DNA from: a virus
Lineage: Duplodnaviria > Caudoviricetes
Direction: 5' to 3' (one strand)
Virus record (IMG/VR): IMGVR_UViG_3300016643_000152
Coordinates: 1 to 34,819 of that record
Length of the DNA stretch: 34,819 nt
Positions 15,755-25,355 of the stretch are shown here, piece after piece. The notes beneath the pieces were generated by a model, which saw nothing but the letters and a program-made list of their open reading frames with translations, searched no databases and was not told the DNA's origin. The position numbers and the translations under genes were made by a program. Each line of letters opens with the position of its first letter. Positions within the stretch are counted from its first letter, which is position 1.

Positions 15755-18274
15755 TTATATATCACTTCTTTGCATTATAATCCAATTTGTCCCATCACTT
15801 ACAAGTGTAACCGCTCTATGTGTAGATGCAAGTAAAATTGCTGTAACTGGACTTCCAGTAGGTGGAGATGAAAAAGGAATAATGTTTGAGGACGCTGATT
15901 GTAAACTTCCAGAACCAGTTTGACGAATATGCAATTCTTTTCCCGGATAAGTTGCAGCATTTGGAAGTGTTAATGTTGTTAAAACATTTGTATTTATATC
16001 CAACCAAGTAGTATTTACGCCTACGGTAAAACTTGAAGATGTGCTATTTACATATGTTCGTTCTAACCAAGGAGTATTTACTCTTCCTCCAAATGTACCA
16101 GTTGAGCTTACATCCAAAGTACCAGTAAATGTTTTATTTCCAGCAAATGATTGTGTTCCAGTTGTAACAACACCGCTTGCAGTTGTTGAAGCATTGGCAA
16201 TTGTTATTGATGGTGTCGTTGTTCCATTTGAAACTGATATAGGCAATGTTCCTGTAACATTCGTTACTGTGCCTGTGTTTGTTGAACTCAAAGTACCGCT
16301 TGACAAAGACAATCCTGTACCTATTGTAACTGTTGCAAATCTATCTGTGGAAGATAATCCTGCAAGCCTTGTAGCCGTATATGTGTAATCTTTAAATACA
16401 GCTCTTCCATTGAATTGAGTTATACCTTCAAATACTTTATCTCCGCTAAATTGTTGCGTACCAGTTGCTGTAACTATTCCTGCCGTTCCAAAAGCTGCAT
16501 CTGCTACACTAATAACTGGTGTAGTTGTTCCATTAGCAACTGAAATAGCACCTGATCCGCTTACACTAGTAACGGTGCCTGTTGGTATAGTTTGAGTACT
16601 TAGTAATCCAGCTGACCCAGCAACAACCATGCGCGTTCCAGCACCTGCAAGGTTAGACAATGTCGTTGCGCCTGTGACACCGAGTGTAGTTCCAATATTT
16701 AAACTTCTATCAATTTGTGCATCCCCACTTAAATATAAATCAGCTTTTGTTCCAGAAATTGTATTTACAGTAGTAGATGGTTTTATAGAAAAAGTAACTT
16801 TATTTTCTGGTTCACTATATGCTCTATAATAAAATTGATTGTTATTATGATAATAAATACTTGCATCGTATATAATATTAGCTTGGTTGTAAAAACCATT
16901 GAACCTGCCGTAATACATAGTAACAGGCGCACTTGCACAACACTCATCATTTGAAAATGTATAATAATGAGTAACTCTATCAGTTGTACCACCATTAGCA
17001 CTATATAAATTTTGTGTGTATGTTCGTCTAACTGCTCCATCATTTCTTGGAGCTGATGAATAAGCAAATGTCCAACTATTTAAGATTGAACCACTTAACG
17101 TTCCACCTGTCAACGGTAAATAAGTTGAAGCCGCATTTGATTGTGTAAGATAAGTCGAAGCCGCAACGCCCGTGCGCAAGTAATTTGTAAGCATGGAAGC
17201 GGTGTCACTCACAAAAAGAGTTGCCGTTGTATCTCTCCATAATCCTTCACTACTTTTATAATATAATGATGCATTATTTACTGGTGATGTAATTTGTACA
17301 TCATGAAGTTCATCTAATTCCTGACCATTCCTTATTTTTACAAATATTTCTCCACTACCAGCATTACTTTTTACACAAACGCCAATATATACACCGTGTA
17401 TAGGTGCTTGTGGCTTTGTAGATGTCAATGCCCCTGCTGTTGTGCCTGACAAATAAACGGCACTATCCTGGGTAAGTGCCGAAGTATTTAAACCAGTAAT
17501 TAATCCTTCAGTTATAACATAACCGCTTGCATTATCAGCTATGCTTTCTGCAACAATGCCAAAGGTATTAGCCGATGTCGGATCGATGGTAGCAAGTGCC
17601 TTGGCTACGGTAATCCTATTACCTTGGCTACCTGACAAATAAACTACATCTCCTTTTGCCAATGCTGCGCCTGTTCTGTTATTTACACGTTGATGAAGTT
17701 GCTGACCTATGACGTTAGTAACATTGCCACCTTTTAACCCTTGTATCAAAGAGCCTTGTGTGTCGTTATATTCAACTTCTCCAACTCCAACTGCACCATC
17801 CTTTGCCGTGTTGAAGGTTATTGAATCAAATGGCATTGTTGCGCCTTGTATTATTACTGTATCGGTATTATTAAATTTCCAACCACCTTTTGAAGCAATG
17901 TAGCTATACATAACATTATTTACTGTATCAACTAACAAATAAGCCTTTATATCTTTATTTGTGTAATTACTTGGCTTTGTAATAGTGTCTGAGGCACGAC
18001 CACGGTAAACAAGGCCATTGCCAGTTGTCTGCCATCCTAAACGCTGCTTATTGGAGGTAATGGGATAAGGTATACTATCAACCGACGCCCAAGCAATGTT
18101 ACAGAACAAGGCTAAAAAAATAAGAAGAGCCTGGCGTTTGTTGCCAATTTTATCTATTTTTTTACTTATAAATTTTCTGCCTAATCCTAATACAAATTCC
18201 TGTATTAAAATTCCTGCAACCTTGCCAACGGCTTTTAAAAACTTTCTTTCCTTCTTTGGTTTTATCTCTTCCAT
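15755..18274 (-). CDS. Tail-fibre or adhesin-like protein with an N-terminal signal-peptide-like segment
   Basis: T/G/S-rich fibre motifs (YLPLTGGTLSG, GTVTSVSG, GTQSFAGNKTF), LDELHDV motif, C-terminal TLTLP.A...GK...TLVSDGTNWI domain; residues 46-63 are KRQALLIFLALFCNIAWA. Confidence 0.75.
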   Translation of the reverse strand: MEEIKPKKERKFLKAVGKVAGILIQEFVLGLGRKFISKKIDKIGNKRQALLIFLALFCNIAWASVDSIPYPITSNKQRLGWQTTGNGLVYRGRASDTITKPSNYTNKDIKAYLLVDTVNNVMYSYIASKGGWKFNNTDTVIIQGATMPFDSITFNTAKDGAVGVGEVEYNDTQGSLIQGLKGGNVTNVIGQQLHQRVNNRTGAALAKGDVVYLSGSQGNRITVAKALATIDPTSANTFGIVAESIADNASGYVITEGLITGLNTSALTQDSAVYLSGTTAGALTSTKPQAPIHGVYIGVCVKSNAGSGEIFVKIRNGQELDELHDVQITSPVNNASLYYKSSEGLWRDTTATLFVSDTASMLTNYLRTGVAASTYLTQSNAASTYLPLTGGTLSGSILNSWTFAYSSAPRNDGAVRRTYTQNLYSANGGTTDRVTHYYTFSNDECCASAPVTMYYGRFNGFYNQANIIYDASIYYHNNNQFYYRAYSEPENKVTFSIKPSTTVNTISGTKADLYLSGDAQIDRSLNIGTTLGVTGATTLSNLAGAGTRMVVAGSAGLLSTQTIPTGTVTSVSGSGAISVANGTTTPVISVADAAFGTAGIVTATGTQQFSGDKVFEGITQFNGRAVFKDYTYTATRLAGLSSTDRFATVTIGTGLSLSSGTLSSTNTGTVTNVTGTLPISVSNGTTTPSITIANASTTASGVVTTGTQSFAGNKTFTGTLDVSSTGTFGGRVNTPWLERTYVNSTSSSFTVGVNTTWLDINTNVLTTLTLPNAATYPGKELHIRQTGSGSLQSASSNIIPFSSPPTGSPVTAILLASTHRAVTLVSDGTNWIIMQRSDI
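16127..16582 (-). repeat. Duplicated module of about 50 aa in the fibre
   Basis: TGTVTSVSGSGAISVANGTTTPVISVADAA...GTQQFSGDKVF versus TGTVTNVTGTLPISVSNGTTTPSITIANAS...GTQSFAGNKTF. Confidence 0.8.
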
Positions 18275-18645
18275 TAGTTAATATTTATTGCAAATACAAT
18301 ATAATTACAACCGTCGTAATGAGTATTAGCATCTATGGTAATAGTTGCAGGAGCAGTTATTAAATATTGACTTTCTATTAATTTTTGCCCATTTTGGTAA
18401 ACGTGTACTGATGCCCCAAGGTTTGTAGTGGGAAGTACACCGTTGTTTTGTGTCCATGTTAGGACATTAGATGATGTAGCTATAAATTCCTGGTTAAATA
18501 TAGATACAGCAGAACCAGTAACTGTCACATTATTTATAGTTTCCGTGACATTATTATTAACCACACCTCCGCTCCCGGCATTGTTTGCTACTTGATTAAA
18601 GTCGCGAGGTTTGCTTATAACAGTTCTTTCGGTATAGTTAGGCAT
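18274..18645 (-). CDS. Small tail-associated beta-rich protein
   Basis: Between the tail tip gene and the fibre; N/T-rich linker then a VHVYQNGQKL domain. Confidence 0.6.
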   Translation of the reverse strand: MPNYTERTVISKPRDFNQVANNAGSGGVVNNNVTETINNVTVTGSAVSIFNQEFIATSSNVLTWTQNNGVLPTTNLGASVHVYQNGQKLIESQYLITAPATITIDANTHYDGCNYIVFAININ

Positions 18646-20860
18646 CTAATTCTATTTTAAAGTAATCACCTTGCCAAATTTCTGTTTTCAAATCAAAACT
18701 ACCTCTTTCAAAAACGTAATAACCAGAGCTATATTCTATTACTTTGTGAGGAAGGTAAGGATTGTCAACTGTAAGGTTTTGGAATGGCATATCAACCATG
18801 CGCAGCTTTGGTGTGAGTTGACCGCGGATAACTTCGTTTACTAATAACTGAGTAACATTGTTAAATCCTTGACCGCTACTGACATCCCAACTACTACTAT
18901 TTTCAAATGCTCCGCTTTCCAATACCTTTAATCCTCCATCTGTCGTTTTACTTGGTCCATCACCTATGTATGTGTCAAGGTTAAATACTGTGGAAGATTT
19001 ATCATCGTTGTCCGATCCATATTCAAGAATGTCACTTTGTCCGGATATAGCACCAGTAGGAAGAAATTCAAGATAATTATTACTTAATAAATAAGATACT
19101 GCATAATCATTTATAATACTTGTACCTGATTCATTCCGCATTGATTTAAGCCGCATTTCCCAAACATACTCAGCACTTTCTGGAATGTCCAATGTATCAA
19201 ATGTAATTGTTTTATAGGCAACAAAAGCAGCATCAGCCGTTATTGTTTCTGTGTTAAATTCATATTCGTAAAAAGTATTCTCCCATGTGGCAGGTTCAAG
19301 CTGAAAATTAAATCCATCTGTATATGTGACACCTCTCTTTAAATATTTATTTTCTTGCTTGACTTCTAATGCTTTTATTTTGCCCGTAAAGCCTGGAGAT
19401 GATGTGCTATCTAATTTTAAAGTATCTGTATTTGAGGCAGTAATAACATATTCATAATCGCCACTTTCTGTTATTGTTTTAGTTGTTCCACCTAATCTCA
19501 ATCTCAAAGTGCCAGTATTATCTATCTGTACCTTTATTTTTACATAATACTTTCTTCCATTTGTAACAGTAAATGATGTATAATAGGCTTCTGTTGCTAT
19601 TAATGTGCCTTCAAGTATTTTATCTGCAATGAGCCATCCGCTGCCAAGTGTCCAGTTAGCACTTACAAAATTTTGTAAAGGAAAGCTATTTATAATGGAT
19701 GCTACTTTTACCGCAAATACAAATTGAAAAGGCTGAAATGTTGCAGGAGCGATTACCGCAGCATAGAAGCCAAGAATACCTGTATATGAAAGCCTTGCAT
19801 CTGTGTTGGTAGCGTCAAGGACAGGAGTAATAGTTGTTATTGGTGTCGCGTTCGTAGTATAGTTATATTCCACACCTGCCAATAAATTCTGTTTGGCAAA
19901 ATGATTATAACGTATAACTACATTTTTTAGTGCAGGATAATAAGTCCACTTGCCACCACTCAACCTCAATAAATCGCTATTTCCTAAATCTGTCTGATTA
20001 TTTGATAATGTAAAATCAGCCGTAAATGTACCAGATGTTTGAACCCCAAAAGCATTGTATTTAAAATAACGGTGATTTGTAGGTGTGCGTGAATATTCGT
20101 TTACTTGTACAAACCAATATTGGCTACCACTAAATAAAAGCCTTGCACCAAATGTCTGACATATCTTTTTTAATACATCATAACAACTTTGGTATATGTA
20201 ATTATTTTTTGTATCTCTATGATAAAAGGCTCTGTGTTGGATTACTGTTAATAAGGAATAATCATTTGCCGCATTGTAGGCAGTTGTGTTTTCATGCCAG
20301 TTAAAAATAGTATGTAATACCGGTAAACTATTTGCTACCAAATTCTCCTGCACAAAATCTAACTGATTAAGGCAGTTAAGTATATGTTGCACAACTGTGT
20401 CCTGCCCTTTGTATGGCCCAACCGCGCTGCGGTATTCCAAGGTTTTTAACCATCCCAATCCATCAATAGCAGATATTTGCGCCTCATAGCCTATTGACAA
20501 AGGTATATCCTCAAATTCCACTAAGTCAGTAACAATATAACCATACCATTTAAAAGATACCGTTGTATTGTCATCCTCGTAAGCCGTTAATTCAATTGTA
20601 AATCTTCCTTCTACCGCTAAACCTATATCTAAAAGTAATGTTTGAAGTCCTGCTGAATTTATCAATAATGATAAAGTAAACCTTGATCCAATTATTGGAG
20701 TAAATCTCTCCTGACCTTGAACACTTTCGCTGTCATATTGAAGATTTAAATTTATAGTATCAAATGTACCAACGGCACCAGAGTATGCAGAATCTTTTAT
20801 AGATACAGTAATCTTCCTATTCTTTTCGTTATATACCGTTGTTTGATACCTTGCTGCCAT
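18638..20860 (-). CDS. Distal tail/hub protein with a putative carbohydrate-binding insertion
   Basis: Immediately downstream of the tape measure gene; W.GYIV.D, AIDGLG.LK, FGARL motifs of tail-tip proteins. Confidence 0.7.
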   Translation of the reverse strand: MAARYQTTVYNEKNRKITVSIKDSAYSGAVGTFDTINLNLQYDSESVQGQERFTPIIGSRFTLSLLINSAGLQTLLLDIGLAVEGRFTIELTAYEDDNTTVSFKWYGYIVTDLVEFEDIPLSIGYEAQISAIDGLGWLKTLEYRSAVGPYKGQDTVVQHILNCLNQLDFVQENLVANSLPVLHTIFNWHENTTAYNAANDYSLLTVIQHRAFYHRDTKNNYIYQSCYDVLKKICQTFGARLLFSGSQYWFVQVNEYSRTPTNHRYFKYNAFGVQTSGTFTADFTLSNNQTDLGNSDLLRLSGGKWTYYPALKNVVIRYNHFAKQNLLAGVEYNYTTNATPITTITPVLDATNTDARLSYTGILGFYAAVIAPATFQPFQFVFAVKVASIINSFPLQNFVSANWTLGSGWLIADKILEGTLIATEAYYTSFTVTNGRKYYVKIKVQIDNTGTLRLRLGGTTKTITESGDYEYVITASNTDTLKLDSTSSPGFTGKIKALEVKQENKYLKRGVTYTDGFNFQLEPATWENTFYEYEFNTETITADAAFVAYKTITFDTLDIPESAEYVWEMRLKSMRNESGTSIINDYAVSYLLSNNYLEFLPTGAISGQSDILEYGSDNDDKSSTVFNLDTYIGDGPSKTTDGGLKVLESGAFENSSSWDVSSGQGFNNVTQLLVNEVIRGQLTPKLRMVDMPFQNLTVDNPYLPHKVIEYSSGYYVFERGSFDLKTEIWQGDYFKIELDA

Positions 20861-23013
20861 TATTGTATTCTGCTTAGGCCTTTTTGTGACCTATTTAACA
20901 ATATTATCAAATCATTTCCGCTTATCCTTGTCTCCAATGTTCCACCAACTCCCATGTCTCCCATCATTGATTTTAATTTTGATAAAGGTGCTATAACCTC
21001 AGGATCAACTCTTGCATTTCGATTATCCCCTACCATTGCCATAGTTGGAGCATAAGCAAGGCCACCTTTTGCAAGTTTAGGAGCAGCAACCTTGTTTATC
21101 ATTGTATTAAATAAAACCGCTGCACCGGCACCAGCAGCACCTGCGACGGCTAATGCTATTGGACCTAAAGCTTTACCGGTTGGCCCTGCCAAAATATTTT
21201 TTATTATACCAGCAACACCTTCCTTAATATATGCAGATATAATTGATCTTGCGGCTTGTAATGCAGCAGCACCTAATTTTTTCATGTCTGTTTCACCTTG
21301 CATTGCCATATTTGAAAATGCATCTGTTGCAGAAATAACTGTATCTACGACAGTAGCTTTAAAATTTTCCATAGCTAATTGGGCATCTGTAAATGGTTTA
21401 GCTATATTTGGTGGATTAGACTTTAATTTTTCATATGTTGCCGCAATATCCGCAGAAGCATTTTTCATAAATAATACTGATTTTTCACCTAAACCTAATT
21501 GTTCTTGTATTTTAGGTGCTAAATCACTTACAACTGATTTATTTAATTCTTCCCTTGCTTTTGCTAATTCTCCTAATGTTTTATAAGACTGTGTTTCAAA
21601 TAATTTTTTATCAACTTTTGAGGTACCAGTTGTTGCTCCTCCACCAGTACCACCATCACCAAACACCAATTCTCCAGTACCTGTTGCACCACCTCCACCT
21701 GTACCACCTTTGACAGGTGCAGCCATGAATAGACTTGCTAATTTTCCTTTAAGACTATCAACTGTTTCTCCGATACTTTTAAATCTTGTTTCAACTACCT
21801 TTTGTTCTTCCTGATACTTTGTCATTCCTGACAAATCAAATAACTCTAATCCTAATGCCTTTTGAACACTATCAATGCCTTGCATTAATTTTGCAACATT
21901 GGAAAGAACTGCATTTTTTATGCTAATCCAAATATTTGTAAATCTATCTTTAAATGCTTTCCAGTTATCATACACATATAATGAAATAGCACCTATGGCA
22001 GCGATAGCAGCGGTAACGCCAAGTATGGCAGGATTGGCAAGGATGGCGGCAAATGATTTGCTAATTACACCTGCCATATCTGCAACAGTTGTAGATATTA
22101 ATCTAATAGTTCCTACCATTGCACCAAAAGTAGTAATTAATTTACCCACTATAAAAATAGCTGGGCCAATAGCTGCAACTATTAAACCAGCCTTTACAAT
22201 AAAGCCTTGTGTTTCTGGATTAAGTGATTTAAATCCATTTACTAATCTTTGTATTCCCTCGCTTAATGAAGCTGCTACGGCTTCTAAATTTAAACTTTCA
22301 TTTATTGCTTTGCCAAGTTCGGCTAATGATGCGCCTACATTATCTTTTAAATTATCAAATGTATTTCCTAATCCTCCATTTGCTCTTTCTAATTCACCTA
22401 ATGCTCCAACTGACCTTTTTATAAATTCTTCAGAACTTATTCCCAGCTCCCTTATTCCTTCGGCTGTCACTACGCCAAATTCTTCTTTCATTACTCTGGC
22501 AAACTCGGGAAGCCTTTCTTTAATTTGATTTAAATCCTCCTGCGTAACCTTACCAACTGCGCTTATCTGTGAAAGTGCTAATACTACTCCATCAAATTGT
22601 TCTGCACCACCACCTGCCCTTGCTACGGCATTACCAAATTGTGTGATTGTTTCTCTTGCAGCATCAGCATTCATACCTACACTTTGTAAAGAGGCAGAAG
22701 CCTTAACAACTTCTGGAAGGGCAAGGCCTGGATTCTCAGCAACTTTCCTTAACTTCTCCATTTCAATAGCTGCATCCTGGCTACTGCCCATAATGGCAGT
22801 TAATCCATTTTGCAACTTCTCCATGTCGGCAAAGGATTTGAGGGCAGCGGTACCAAGGCCGATAATAGGAAGCGTTAATGACTGGGTTAAATTGCTTCCA
22901 ATGTTCTGCATATTCTGCCCAAACTTCGACATTGACTTTTCTACCCTACCAAGCTCCTTGTCAAGGTTAGTGGTGTCAATGCCAAGTTTTAAGAGTAATT
23001 TACCTATTGCCAT
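20860..23013 (-). CDS. Tape measure protein
   Basis: IGKLLLKLGID N-terminus, SLTLPIIG, LSQISAVGKV..EDLNQI.E, Ala/Gly-rich hydrophobic stretches, LAKGG...PEVIAPL. Confidence 0.93.
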   Translation of the reverse strand: MAIGKLLLKLGIDTTNLDKELGRVEKSMSKFGQNMQNIGSNLTQSLTLPIIGLGTAALKSFADMEKLQNGLTAIMGSSQDAAIEMEKLRKVAENPGLALPEVVKASASLQSVGMNADAARETITQFGNAVARAGGGAEQFDGVVLALSQISAVGKVTQEDLNQIKERLPEFARVMKEEFGVVTAEGIRELGISSEEFIKRSVGALGELERANGGLGNTFDNLKDNVGASLAELGKAINESLNLEAVAASLSEGIQRLVNGFKSLNPETQGFIVKAGLIVAAIGPAIFIVGKLITTFGAMVGTIRLISTTVADMAGVISKSFAAILANPAILGVTAAIAAIGAISLYVYDNWKAFKDRFTNIWISIKNAVLSNVAKLMQGIDSVQKALGLELFDLSGMTKYQEEQKVVETRFKSIGETVDSLKGKLASLFMAAPVKGGTGGGGATGTGELVFGDGGTGGGATTGTSKVDKKLFETQSYKTLGELAKAREELNKSVVSDLAPKIQEQLGLGEKSVLFMKNASADIAATYEKLKSNPPNIAKPFTDAQLAMENFKATVVDTVISATDAFSNMAMQGETDMKKLGAAALQAARSIISAYIKEGVAGIIKNILAGPTGKALGPIALAVAGAAGAGAAVLFNTMINKVAAPKLAKGGLAYAPTMAMVGDNRNARVDPEVIAPLSKLKSMMGDMGVGGTLETRISGNDLIILLNRSQKGLSRIQ

Positions 23014-23361
23014 TTATATTTCTTTATCCCATTTGTCAAATATTGTTTTGTCATTATTTGTTAAAGGTCTGTTAGTTTCTTTCTTAACCGGTGTTTCCCA
23101 GGGAAACTCTATCAAATCTTTTGGCTTTAAACTTTTACCCTTTGCCGTGTGAACATTGAGAAGCAAAGTTGTTTGCCATCGGATGCGCTCCCATTGAAAT
23201 TGTTCCGTTATTATAAATTGATTGTTATAACCTTGCATGGCTATAACAACCTCTCTGAAGCTCATGTCGTAATATTGCGAAGGAGGAAACCTTAAAACTC
23301 CGAAACAAAATTGTTCGATAAATTCAAGTGTTAGTTCTCCACCTTCGCCACTACGTTTTTT
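23014..23361 (-). CDS. Tail assembly chaperone, -1 frameshift extension (gpT-like)
   Basis: The -1 frame from the slippery A AAA AAC at 23361-23355 is open for 30 codons into the 23265..23014 ORF. Confidence 0.8.
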   Translation of the reverse strand, partial: KKRSGEGGELTLEFIEQFCFGVLRFPPSQYYDMSFREVVIAMQGYNNQFIITEQFQWERIRWQTTLLLNVHTAKGKSLKPKDLIEFPWETPVKKETNRPLTNNDKTIFDKWDKEI

Positions 23362-23660
23362 TCATTCTCGTTTTCTGGTGGTGAAATCTCGTTTGAAATC
23401 ATCTCCATGATTCGAGTTATACCTCCCATATCTGTGTCAACAAGATCGCAGAAAGATTGTAAGGTGTAAGGGCATTTCTCGCCTTTAACCTTGTAACCAT
23501 GTTCAACGCCTGTATAAGCAAGTTCAAGGGCAAGCAAAAGGTCTTCGCCAAGTTGGGAAAGGTCGCTTAATTTTAGCTTCCTTTCCCTTAAAAATGTACC
23601 TAACACGAACATTCCAAATTTAATCGGAATAGTCGTGTTGGCAATTGTTATTGTTTTCAT
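23331..23660 (-). CDS. Tail assembly chaperone (gpG-like)
   Basis: Between the major tail and tape measure genes; ends E-K-N at the slippery site. Confidence 0.85.
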   Translation of the reverse strand: MKTITIANTTIPIKFGMFVLGTFLRERKLKLSDLSQLGEDLLLALELAYTGVEHGYKVKGEKCPYTLQSFCDLVDTDMGGITRIMEMISNEISPPENENEKNVVAKVEN

Positions 23661-23675
23661 GTTAGGTAATTTTTA

Positions 23676-24101
23676 CTATTTAGTTGTCTTTGTAATTGCG
23701 CCAGTAACCTCAAATGAAGCTGAATAGCTTGTATTTTCTTCTACCGCTGCGTTTAAATCTAATGATGTACAGATGGCCTGCATTGTAAACACATTATCGC
23801 CTGATACATCTGTTGTAAATTTAATTGTCAGAGCCGTTCCACTTATTAAGTCAGTAAACAAATCATCAAACAAATAATTAGTTGATGAATCACCAGGGCC
23901 AGCGTACAATGCCTCCGTTGAAAGAGTGCCTGATAGTTGACCTTTCTTTACTTCTCTCCAACCACCAGATGCGCTATCTTTTGTCAAGATTTCACGCATT
24001 GCGGCTGTAACGTTCATTTGGCAGGATGTTGCGTAACCGATGGCGGTATTATCTTTATAAAGACGCATCAACGTACCATTAATAATGCCAGTAGTTGCCA
24101 T
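23676..24101 (-). CDS. Major tail tube protein (TP901-1-like)
   Basis: IGYATSC, EILTKDS..GWRE, SYSASFEVTGAI. Confidence 0.88.
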   Translation of the reverse strand: MATTGIINGTLMRLYKDNTAIGYATSCQMNVTAAMREILTKDSASGGWREVKKGQLSGTLSTEALYAGPGDSSTNYLFDDLFTDLISGTALTIKFTTDVSGDNVFTMQAICTSLDLNAAVEENTSYSASFEVTGAITKTTK

Positions 24102-24107
24102 GTTATT

Positions 24108-24365
24108 TTATTTTTTTGGTTTATTAATTTTCTCTTCTTCTTCATCTGTATCCTGACCTTGGAAATAATCCATTGGTACCGGAATAGGAATATAGACTGG
24201 TTCTTGCTGATGTTCGGCTTTCTTAGGCATCTCCTCCACTACAAAGCTTTCATCAAGTAGTTCTGCAATGCCATCTTTTATCAATTTTTCTCCATATTCA
24301 GATAAAAATATACCTACCTTGCCAGGCGCCTTGCCATTCCATTCTTTGAGTAATCTTAATTTCAT
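24108..24365 (-). CDS. Small hypothetical protein of the neck/tail module
   Basis: MKLRLLKEW..K..G...GEKLIKDGIAE small domain plus a charged tail. Confidence 0.6.
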   Translation of the reverse strand: MKLRLLKEWNGKAPGKVGIFLSEYGEKLIKDGIAELLDESFVVEEMPKKAEHQQEPVYIPIPVPMDYFQGQDTDEEEEKINKPKK

Positions 24366-24751
24366 CGTTTCATTTTTGCCATAAAATCAATTGACATCCA
24401 ATATACAGATAATTCAGGGTTATACACTTGGCTATCGCTGCTTATATATTTAATTGTTTGCACTTCCACACCTTCCGCACTACCAACAAATCTATCTAAT
24501 CTATTTCTAATTAAATTAGAAATCTCTTGCGTATCATCATAACTCTGCGTATATACATCAATTTGCAGATTTATTTCTTCAAGGTTACTTTGTCCATCCT
24601 TGTAATCAACTGGTAAGCTATTTACAATAGTATAAACAACAAAAGGATATTGTACATCCTGCGGAGTGATGTCCGGATATACCTTTGTGCCAATATAAGC
24701 TGTTATATTCGCATCTGTGGTTAATCTACTATATATAAGTTTACCTATCAT
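24362..24751 (-). CDS. Tail terminator/completion protein (DUF3168-like)
   Basis: VYP..PQ...YPFVVY, LQIDVY; synteny. Confidence 0.85.
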   Translation of the reverse strand: MIGKLIYSRLTTDANITAYIGTKVYPDITPQDVQYPFVVYTIVNSLPVDYKDGQSNLEEINLQIDVYTQSYDDTQEISNLIRNRLDRFVGSAEGVEVQTIKYISSDSQVYNPELSVYWMSIDFMAKMKR

Positions 24752-25317
24752 AACTCCCAGAATTTACGCGGATATTGTTGAGCCATTTTTAATGCTTCTC
24801 CTGACATTTTTTGCATAACTGCCATTTGGCTTGCCTTTTCCGCTTTGTTTTTTACCCTTCTTACCCATGCTTTGGTATTACCGTACACCATGTGAGCGTA
24901 AAAGCCATCAGTTTTTCCATCACTACCTAAGGTAGCACCTTTACCAGCATCTTTGTATAAAGGACCAATTGCAGATGTAACTCGTTTTAAATTTTTTTCA
25001 TCTGATATTATTTTAATAGACCTTTGTAAGTTGCCTGGTAATATTGTATATTTTAAACCTTTACCACCGACATAAAATTTATGTAATCTATTCGATTTTG
25101 GTACTAAATTTTTATAGGCAGATAAGGCAATTGGTTCAGCTGCTTTGGCTATCTCCTTTCTTTTTTCAATAGTTATACGTTGCATTATATTGTCAAGCTC
25201 AACAACTGACTCAGCAAAATTGTAGATAGCAAGTATCTGACCTTTCTTATTAACTCTTTTTTGAGTTTCAGCCTGCAGTCTTTTTAGTTTATCTAACTTT
25301 GCCTGATTAATGAACAT
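24748..25317 (-). CDS. HK97 gp10-like tail completion protein
   Basis: Basic protein with GNLQRSI and DGFYAHMVYG; synteny. Confidence 0.7.
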   Translation of the reverse strand: MFINQAKLDKLKRLQAETQKRVNKKGQILAIYNFAESVVELDNIMQRITIEKRKEIAKAAEPIALSAYKNLVPKSNRLHKFYVGGKGLKYTILPGNLQRSIKIISDEKNLKRVTSAIGPLYKDAGKGATLGSDGKTDGFYAHMVYGNTKAWVRRVKNKAEKASQMAVMQKMSGEALKMAQQYPRKFWEL

Positions 25318-25331
25318 ATAATTTTATTTTA

Positions 25332-25355
25332 TCCTGCCCATATTTCAGGGCAGGA
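25332..25355 (-). other. mRNA stem-loop without a U-tract
   Basis: TCCTGCCC/GGGCAGGA 8-bp stem immediately after the stop of 25361..25756. Confidence 0.6.

Noticed and set aside
15755-18274. Diversity-generating retroelement or invertible fibre cassette
   Set aside because: No reverse transcriptase or invertase, and no adenine-specific TR/VR pair. The internal repeats are old protein-level duplications.
21092-23152. Long + strand ORFs opposite the tape measure gene (also 15459..15923, 16041..16388, 28560..28826, 1636..2034)
   Set aside because: Antisense shadows of well-supported genes, with no motifs and no independent start context.
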